From positions 17,298,001 through 17,362,000 of the forward strand of contig NC_043003.1 of NCBI RefSeq assembly GCF_006345805.1: a DNA stretch of 64,000 bases. Direction: 5' to 3'. The position numbers and the translations under genes are program-made. The notes beneath the pieces are model-generated. The model did no database searches, was not told the origin of the DNA, and saw nothing but the letters and a program-made list of their open reading frames with translations. This document shows positions 62,014 through 64,000 of the stretch, piece by piece (the stretch's first letter is position 1; every line of letters begins with the position of its first letter). The stretch is from Octopus sinensis (taxonomy: Eukaryota).

Positions 62014-62781
62014 GTTATTATTATTATTATTATTATTATTAAGGCGGCAAGCTAGCAGAATCATTGCATGTTGAGCAAAATGCTTAATGGTATTTTGTCT
62101 GCCACTACGTTCTGAGTTCAAATTTCGCCAAGGTTGACTTTGCCTTTCATCCTTTTGGGGTAAATAAATTAAGTACCAATCTAGGGTCAATGTGATTGAT
62201 TTACCCCCTCTCCCAAAATTTCAGGCCTTGTGCCTACAGTAGAAACAATTATTATTACTATTCTTCTGAGGAGATGGACCAGCAGAAGTTTTTGAGCATC
62301 AGGAAAAAAAATACCTTGTGGTAGTTGTTCTGGTTCTTTATGTTTTGAGTTCAAATTCCATCAAAGTTCATTTTGTCTTTCACCCCTCTGAAGTTGATAA
62401 AATAAAGTATCAGTCAAGTAAAGGGGCTGGTGTAATTAATTAACTCCCTTTTCCTTGAAAATTGCTGGCCTTGTGCCTAAATTAGAAATATCACTTATAG
62501 TTTCAGTTAATTAAAAATTTTTTTCTACCTCAAATCTCTCAAACTATTAAGAATATTTGCTGATCTCCTCTCTAAAATTTTTATTTTAGGTTACGTTTTA
62601 GAGAAATGTGAAGAAGGCTCCAATTTCTGGGAAAAGGTTCCTGGTTTAATCGCAGGAACATCTCATACAGTCAAAGGGCTGAAAGATGGAAAATCTTATC
62701 AGTTCCGTGTAAAAGCTGAAAACATGTATGGTCTTAGTGAGCCTCTGGTGAGCAAAAAGGTTGTCGCAAAGAATCCATTTG
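2574..62781 (+). CDS. unc-22: Twitchin (unc-22/projectin family), internal part of a multi-exon gene; 27 exons in this window
   Basis: 27 exons join in one open frame of 4143 nt with consistent intron phases. Order: Ig, linker ([24 protein letters not shown]), Ig x5, Fn3 x2, Ig, Fn3 x2, Ig, Fn3. The Ig-Fn3-Fn3 super-repeat and D1-like motif are characteristic of twitchin as I recall it. Confidence 0.93.
3856..3901 (+). CDS. unc-22: Twitchin exon w2 (46 nt), DFRxxL motif
   Basis: tttttctag|AT...CACAG|gtaagc, phase 1-2; [16 protein letters not shown]. Confidence 0.9.
4190..4610 (-). mobile_element. SINE family A
   Basis: Reverse complement of the family A consensus seen at 428-889. Confidence 0.85.
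4755..4890. repeat. ~135-bp dispersed repeat, copy 1 (copy 2 at 58131-58270)
   Basis: gtggaaattttacc..tgagtgtgtta...aaggcacaaaaagaaaatgactctcccagaca...gaatcttgcaaac is shared in direct orientation. Confidence 0.8.
5141..5271 (+). repeat. Unclassified short repeat with TG...CA ends (possibly LTR-like), second copy
   Basis: Begins tgttatgtc and ends gacaca; homologous to 10-149 in the opposite orientation; no TSD seen. Confidence 0.6.
5396..5815 (-). mobile_element. SINE family A
   Basis: Reverse complement of the family A consensus. Confidence 0.85.
5977..6122 (+). mobile_element. SINE family A, 3' fragment
   Basis: cccgtaacttagcggttcggcaaaa...gcggtgctccagcatggc. Confidence 0.75.
6256..6314 (+). 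CDS. unc-22: Twitchin exon w3 (59 nt), acidic linker
   Basis: tttaacag|A...CCAG|gtaaat, phase 2-1; [19 protein letters not shown]. Confidence 0.88.
7394..7399 (+). CDS. Candidate 6-nt microexon (adds DS)
   Basis: ttttatttctttgtttcag|ACTCCG|gtatga; frame-preserving in a phase-1 intron. Confidence 0.5.
8762..8836 (+). CDS. Candidate 75-nt cassette exon of the linker
   Basis: tcatttttcag|TA...ACAG|gtataa, phase 1-1, open: [25 protein letters not shown]; purine-rich, and QLKKIDK echoes QLKPVDK at the w3/w4 junction. Confidence 0.65.
10616..10884 (-). mobile_element. RTE-clade LINE, 5'-truncated 3' end
   Basis: ORF end ...[28 protein letters not shown]...QDRTGWR matches the typical RTE ORF C-terminus; (GATA)n tail. 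Confidence 0.8.
12179..12190 (+). CDS. Candidate 12-nt microexon (ENPR)
   Basis: ttatttacttctttttccag|AAAATCCAAGAA|gtaaaa; phase 1-1, in frame. Confidence 0.4.
13425..13519 (+). CDS. unc-22: Twitchin exon w4 (95 nt), RRLS PKA consensus
   Basis: atgttccag|TT...AAG|gtaagg, phase 1-0; [32 protein letters not shown]. Confidence 0.9.
17940..18140. repeat. Compound (TA)/(CA)/(TG) microsatellite, representative of many in the window
   Basis: Directly visible low-complexity dinucleotide tract; source of spurious YI-rich ORFs. Confidence 0.9.
18750..19130 (+). mobile_element. Family C element (3' UTR of an RTE-like LINE)
   Basis: Repeat units gccagt..ctgactggc, then gttggtgttaggaagggcatcc...ccaacccatgctagcatggaaag, short tandem tail. 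Confidence 0.75.
19462..19503 (+). CDS. unc-22: Twitchin exon w5 (42 nt), symmetric, with non-canonical GC donor
   Basis: ttttttcctctcaaag|GAT...AAG|gcatgt, phase 0-0; [14 protein letters not shown]; GC- and purine-rich against AT-rich flanks. Confidence 0.72.
20610..20775 (+). mobile_element. SINE family A, 3' fragment
   Basis: cacttgacaacc..tgttgctgtgttt...cagcaaaaagagaccgatagaata...gactgaagcaagtaaa. Confidence 0.7.
23269..23437 (+). repeat. 169-bp direct repeat, copy 1 (upstream of D1 exon)
   Basis: 7 mismatches against 24686-24854 by hand alignment; contains the palindrome cagtttataaactg. Confidence 0.92.
24005..24187 (+). CDS. unc-22: Twitchin exon w6 (183 nt), D1-like PKA phosphorylation exon
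   Basis: ctactacag|AAA...GAG|gtacac, phase 0-0; [61 protein letters not shown]. Confidence 0.93.
24686..24854 (+). repeat. 169-bp direct repeat, copy 2 (downstream of D1 exon)
   Basis: About 96% identical to 23269-23437. Confidence 0.92.
29590..29888 (-). mobile_element. tRNA-derived SINE, family D variant
   Basis: Reverse-complement head ggaggtgcaatggcccagtggttagggcagc...ggtttcgaatccc and core ctctttcgccacaactttctctcac. Confidence 0.8.
30056..30444 (+). mobile_element. SINE family A
   Basis: Full head-core-tail match to family A. Confidence 0.85.
30781..31170 (+). mobile_element. SINE family A
   Basis: Full head-core-tail match to family A. Confidence 0.85.
32303..32700. mobile_element. 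Helentron/HINE-like non-autonomous element
   Basis: Termini actagc...cccagcgttgttcggg and acagac...ctttatatatatagat resemble HINE/DINE-1-type ends (from memory). Confidence 0.5.
38309..38576 (+). CDS. unc-22: Twitchin exon w7, Ig domain
   Basis: tgttttag|GCT...GAAG|gtaagt, phase 0-1; [17 protein letters not shown]...VQWFKN...DGGKYICQV. Confidence 0.95.
38613..38775 (-). mobile_element. SINE family A, 3' fragment
   Basis: cttttacttgtttcaatcatttgactgtggccatgct...tctatcggtctcttt. Confidence 0.75.
39078..39217 (+). CDS. unc-22: Twitchin exon w8, Ig N-terminal half
   Basis: attgtag|CC...GAG|gtaaaa, phase 1-0; [14 protein letters not shown]...[16 protein letters not shown]. Confidence 0.93.
39756..39894 (+). 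CDS. unc-22: Twitchin exon w9, Ig C-terminal half
   Basis: attccag|TTT...GAAG|gtaaat, phase 0-1; [10 protein letters not shown]...[10 protein letters not shown]. Confidence 0.93.
40544..40665 (+). CDS. unc-22: Twitchin exon w10, Ig N-terminal half
   Basis: ttttacag|AA...AAG|gtatat, phase 1-0; [17 protein letters not shown]...VTWFKGDK. Confidence 0.93.
40870..41023 (+). CDS. unc-22: Twitchin exon w11, Ig C-terminal half
   Basis: ttattgtag|GAA...GAAC|gtgagt, phase 0-1; [13 protein letters not shown]...DEGPYTCKV. Confidence 0.93.
41082..41295 (+). mobile_element. SINE family B (short-tail variant)
   Basis: aaggtggtgagctggcagaatcatt...ctgagttcaaattcc...ggggtcgatgtgatc. Confidence 0.7.
41736..41950. 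mobile_element. Degenerate TTAA MITE, second family
   Basis: Ends aatgcttaagggttaa; related fragments at ~46461-46560 and ~50345-50410. Confidence 0.45.
41977..42290 (+). mobile_element. tRNA-derived SINE, family D
   Basis: A-box tggcccagtgatta and B-box ggtttcaattccc; 3' ctgcgatggactggcgtcccgtccag resembles a V-SINE-type core (from memory). Confidence 0.85.
42373..42514 (+). CDS. unc-22: Twitchin exon w12, Ig N-terminal half
   Basis: tttttaag|CT...ACAG|gtaatt, phase 1-2; [11 protein letters not shown]...LECVATN...VVWTKDGK. Confidence 0.93.
42590..43078 (+). mobile_element. Two tandem family C (RTE 3' UTR) fragments
   Basis: Each ends ccaacccatgc.agcatggaaa..ggacgttaaa followed by a (GAT)n-like tail. 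Confidence 0.75.
44159..44378 (-). mobile_element. piggyBac-like TTAA MITE inserted in a SINE B (host ~44093-44520)
   Basis: TTAA (44155-44158), CCCTTTTG...CAAAAGGG, TTAA (44379-44382); splits the SINE B-box region. Confidence 0.85.
44834..44961 (+). CDS. unc-22: Twitchin exon w13, Ig C-terminal half
   Basis: tttgtag|G...GAAA|gtaagt, phase 2-1; [30 protein letters not shown]. Confidence 0.93.
45010..45400 (-). mobile_element. SINE family A
   Basis: Reverse-complement match to family A. Confidence 0.8.
45577..45985 (+). mobile_element. SINE family A
   Basis: Full match to family A. Confidence 0.85.
46272..46364 (+). CDS. unc-22: Twitchin exon w14, Ig start
   Basis: aattccag|AA...CAAG|gtaact, phase 1-1; [31 protein letters not shown]. 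Confidence 0.92.
47066..47335 (-). mobile_element. Family C (RTE 3' UTR)
   Basis: catcatcatcgtttaacgtccgttttcc...ggatgcccttcc. Confidence 0.75.
47614..47808 (+). CDS. unc-22: Twitchin exon w15, Ig remainder
   Basis: tttattag|CT...ATTG|gtaatt, phase 1-1; [13 protein letters not shown]...[18 protein letters not shown]. Confidence 0.94.
48160..48790 (-). mobile_element. CR1/L2-clade LINE, 5'-truncated ORF2 C-terminus with 3' UTR
   Basis: 185-aa ORF with [56 protein letters not shown]; short (TAAC)n-like tail. Confidence 0.9.
48836..49225 (+). mobile_element. SINE family B head-to-tail dimer
   Basis: Two consecutive core copies joined at ...taaagaaata|agaaacattagcac (~49036). Confidence 0.8.
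49456..49755 (+). CDS. unc-22: Twitchin exon w16, fibronectin type III domain
   Basis: cattgcag|AT...TGGA|gtaagt, phase 1-1; [12 protein letters not shown]...[20 protein letters not shown]...[12 protein letters not shown]. Confidence 0.95.
49817..50185. mobile_element. Helentron/HINE-like element
   Basis: (TA)n-tataaaat..ttctgtctgtc...ccgattgcgctcaaatttg start resembles DINE-1/HINE-type elements (from memory); CpG-rich body. Confidence 0.45.
50611..50762 (+). CDS. unc-22: Twitchin exon w17, Fn3 N-terminal half
   Basis: ttttctcag|GT...GAT|gtaagg, phase 1-0; [36 protein letters not shown]. Confidence 0.94.
51143..51460 (-). mobile_element. SINE family D
   Basis: Reverse complement of the 41977-42290 family. 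Confidence 0.85.
51609..51884 (+). CDS. unc-22: Twitchin exon w18, Fn3 C-terminal half plus Ig start
   Basis: atattag|GCC...TTG|gtaagt, phase 0-0; ...[12 protein letters not shown]...[12 protein letters not shown]...GEPPPTVTW. Confidence 0.94.
52036..52520 (+). mobile_element. SINE family A, diverged
   Basis: Head, cttgggcaag core, internal microsatellite and ggtggtgccccagcatggcc tail. Confidence 0.7.
52655..52820 (+). mobile_element. Family C fragment
   Basis: aaaagcacccactacactc...ggaagggcatccag...gacgttaaacaatgatgatga. Confidence 0.75.
53218..53389 (+). CDS. unc-22: Twitchin exon w19, Ig C-terminal half
   Basis: attacag|GAT...TTGA|gtaagt, phase 0-1; ...[27 protein letters not shown]. 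Confidence 0.94.
53435..54002 (-). repeat. Unclassified ~560-bp interspersed repeat between (TTG)n and (TAA)n tracts
   Basis: Abrupt GC-richer block bounded by microsatellites; no ORF; recalled as a common octopus repeat but only one copy is in this window. Confidence 0.45.
54032..54325 (+). mobile_element. R4/Dong-like non-LTR retrotransposon 3' fragment (restriction-like endonuclease region)
   Basis: [20 protein letters not shown]...[10 protein letters not shown]...IQKVALL..AHILRK*; directly follows (TAA)n at 54003-54030. Confidence 0.75.
54545..54905 (-). mobile_element. Degenerate R4/Dong-like REL endonuclease fragment
   Basis: Minus-strand translation with stops: [17 protein letters not shown]...[10 protein letters not shown]...EKLSKYKE...MGTIHILRK; (TAA)n tracts at its 5' junction and ~80 nt beyond its 3' end. 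Confidence 0.75.
54974..55079 (+). CDS. unc-22: Twitchin exon w20, Fn3 N-terminal half
   Basis: aattttag|GC...ATTAC|gtaagt, phase 1-2; [34 protein letters not shown]. Confidence 0.94.
55168..55760 (+). mobile_element. tRNA-derived SINE family E with a nested SINE B (55402-55636)
   Basis: Head ggcacatggctcaatggtt and core gttcttgagc.aaacact; nested B flanked by the 13-bp TSD ggtatgcatgggt at 55389-55401 and 55637-55649. Confidence 0.85.
55858..56054 (+). CDS. unc-22: Twitchin exon w21, Fn3 C-terminal half
   Basis: attgcag|C...TTCA|gtaagc, phase 2-1; GYVVEKFD...[17 protein letters not shown]...AKNPF. Confidence 0.94.
56135..56460 (+). mobile_element. SINE family A, diverged
   Basis: ggttcagtcccagtgtg...ctctagccccaggctgaccaatg...gtgaatttggtag. 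Confidence 0.65.
56470..56830. repeat. Higher-order compound (GT)n/(GA)n minisatellite
   Basis: ~60-bp unit gtgtgtgtgtttgagagagggtgtgtgtgtgtgagagagtgagagagagagggagagag repeated about 4-5 times. Confidence 0.9.
57158..57410 (+). mobile_element. Chimeric SINE: family E head and core with family D tail
   Basis: gttcttgagcaaaacact...ctccagttcactcagctg followed by ctgcgatggactggcatcccgtccag...gagcctggctaggc. Confidence 0.75.
57873..58045 (+). CDS. unc-22: Twitchin exon w22, Fn3 N-terminal half
   Basis: atttcag|AT...TCT|gtaagt, phase 1-0; [39 protein letters not shown]. Confidence 0.94.
58131..58270. repeat. ~135-bp dispersed repeat, copy 2
   Basis: Direct homolog of 4755-4890. Confidence 0.8.
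58648..58830 (+). mobile_element. SINE family E
   Basis: tggctcagtggttagagcg...gagttcaaatcccggacc...ttcttgagcaagacact. Confidence 0.8.
58983..59112 (+). CDS. unc-22: Twitchin exon w23, Fn3 C-terminal half
   Basis: tttttgaag|GAA...AAAG|gtgatt, phase 0-1; [31 protein letters not shown]. Confidence 0.92.
59210..60400 (+). mobile_element. SINE A interrupted by SINE B (59238-59465) and family C (59491-60020)
   Basis: A head resumes after each insert; B flanked by taagaag at 59231-59237 and 59466-59472. Confidence 0.85.
60496..60644 (+). CDS. unc-22: Twitchin exon w24, Ig N-terminal half
   Basis: atttcag|AG...CGT|gtaagt, phase 1-0; [24 protein letters not shown]...[11 protein letters not shown]. 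Confidence 0.94.
60703..60790. mobile_element. Possible Tc1/mariner terminal fragment
   Basis: TA + caagggagtgctgaaaagttcctggctt resembles a mariner-type terminal inverted repeat (from memory); no partner end found. Confidence 0.35.
61390..61525 (+). CDS. unc-22: Twitchin exon w25, Ig C-terminal half
   Basis: tacttcag|GCT...TTGG|gtaaga, phase 0-1; ...[28 protein letters not shown]. Confidence 0.94.
61864..61971 (+). CDS. unc-22: Twitchin exon w26, Fn3 N-terminal half
   Basis: cattttag|AT...TCAG|gtatgc, phase 1-1; [36 protein letters not shown]. Confidence 0.94.
62041..62255 (+). mobile_element. SINE family B (short-tail variant)
   Basis: aaggcggcaagctagcagaatc...gttctgagttcaaatttc...aaatttcaggccttgtgcc; follows an (ATT)n tract at ~61977-62040. 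Confidence 0.8.
62590..62781 (+). CDS. unc-22: Twitchin exon w27, Fn3 C-terminal half
   Basis: tattttag|GT...TTTG|gtaagt, phase 1-1; [17 protein letters not shown]...[17 protein letters not shown]. Confidence 0.94.
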
Positions 62782-62869
62782 GTAAGTTTATATTATCATT
62801 TTGTAAAATTATTTTGATTCTGAAATAAAGATAAGCTCAGAAAATAATTATTAATCACCATTATTATCA

Positions 62870-63272
62870 TCATCATCCTTATTTAGCATCTGCTTTCCAT
62901 GCTGGCATGGGTTAGATGGTTTGACTGAAGCTGGTAAGCTGGATGGTTGCACTGAGCTCCAGTCTGATTTGGCATGGTTTCTATGGCTGGATGCCCTTCC
63001 TAATACCAACTGCTCCAAGAGTGTAATGGGTGCTTTTTATGTGCCACTGGCATGGGTGCCAGTTTCATGACATTTGCATCGGCCATGATATAATTCCGCT
63101 TACTTAACGGGTCTTCTCAAGCATGGTATATCGCCAAAGGTCTCGGTCATCTGTCATTGCCTCCATGAGGCTCAATGTTCAAAGATCATGCTTCACCACC
63201 TCATCCCCCGTCTTCCTAGATCTACCTCTTCCACAGGGTTCCTCCACAGTTAGAGATTGTCACTTCTTTACA
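62870..63272 (-). mobile_element. RTE-clade LINE 3' end: ORF C-terminus continuous with family C 3' UTR
   Basis: Minus-strand translation ...CGRGRSRKTGDEVVKHDL*TLSLMEAMTDDRDLWRYTMLEKTR* runs into the family C sequence and a (GAT)n tail. Confidence 0.8.
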
Positions 63273-63277
63273 CAAGT

Positions 63278-63580
63278 AGAGGCGCATGGCCTAGTGGTTA
63301 GAGCAGAAGACTTGTGGTCGAGGGATCGTGGGTTCGAATCTCAGACCGGGTGATGTGTGTGTTTATGAGTGAAACACCTAAGCTCCACGCAGCTCTGGCA
63401 GAAGGTAATGGCGAACTTCTTCTGACTCTTTCGCCACAACTTTCTCTCACTATTTCCTCCTGCATCTTGCAGCTCACCTGCGAGGGTCCGGCGTCCCATC
63501 CAGGTGGGGAACCTATATGCCAAGGGAACCAGGAAACCGGCCCTTATGAGCCAGGCATGGCTCGAGAAAGAACAAACTCA
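63278..63580 (+). mobile_element. SINE family D variant
   Basis: gaggcgcatggcctagtggttagagcag...ggttcgaatctc and core ctctttcgccacaactttctctcac. Confidence 0.8.
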
Positions 63581-64000
63581 ACTTCTTTACACAGCTGCTC
63601 TCGTCCATATGCATCACATGACCATACCAGCACAATCGTTTTCAATCATTTACTCTAAAAGAGAAGAGCATTGTTCATAACAGCATGGTGTCTTGGTACT
63701 GATGGTGGATTCAGTGTATAAATATACATCTTGTGCGAATATCATAATATTTAAGAATTATTATATTATATATTCTATATAATTATTAATTTTTCTATTT
63801 AATATAAAATCTCTATTTTCCACATTCATATACCTAGTAGTATAGATATATTAATGTAGAAAAATGTATGGGTCGATATTATTCCGGGTGCTGTATCAGA
63901 CAACTAATATATATAAATGTGTGTGTGTGTGTGTGTGTAAATTTATTCATGTAATCTTTAATATAAAAAAAAGGTAATAATATGGTTTATTCTATGAAAA

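Noticed and set aside
465-63658. Most ORFs in the supplied six-frame track (YI-, TH-, LS-, CV-rich and SINE-derived)
   Set aside because: They are translations of microsatellites, SINEs or AT-rich intron, or antisense shadows of real exons. Only those overlapping twitchin exons or LINE fragments are meaningful.

Overview
Eukaryotic, very AT-rich, microsatellite- and SINE-rich DNA, most likely from an octopus or other coleoid cephalopod (inferred from repeat families and twitchin motifs recalled from memory; no database search was run). The whole window lies inside one + strand gene, twitchin (unc-22/projectin family giant muscle kinase), with no start or stop codon in view. I spliced 27 exons by hand (2574-62781, 4143 nt, 1381 codons). 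Every junction is phase-consistent and the frame stays open. The order is Ig, unique linker, four Ig, then Ig-Fn3-Fn3, Ig-Fn3-Fn3, Ig-Fn3, matching my recollection of molluscan twitchin from Ig7 onward. The linker holds a DFRxxL actin-binding motif and four RRxS PKA consensus sites, including the D1-like [13 protein letters not shown]. The most interesting part is this linker: about 425 coding nt spread over about 35 kb of TE-poor introns. These introns contain further exon candidates (6, 12 and 75 nt in frame; frame-compensating 5+40 or 5+7 nt pairs; possible poison or terminal exons), a GC-AG donor exon bracketed by a possible 5.2-kb long-range RNA duplex, and a 169-bp direct repeat around the D1 exon. 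The downstream introns are packed with tRNA-derived SINEs (labelled here A, B, D, E), RTE, CR1 and R4/Dong-like LINE fragments, TTAA MITEs and Helentron-like elements, many nested or inverted. Repeat boundaries are approximate, repeat family labels are mine, and all extra exons are untested predictions.
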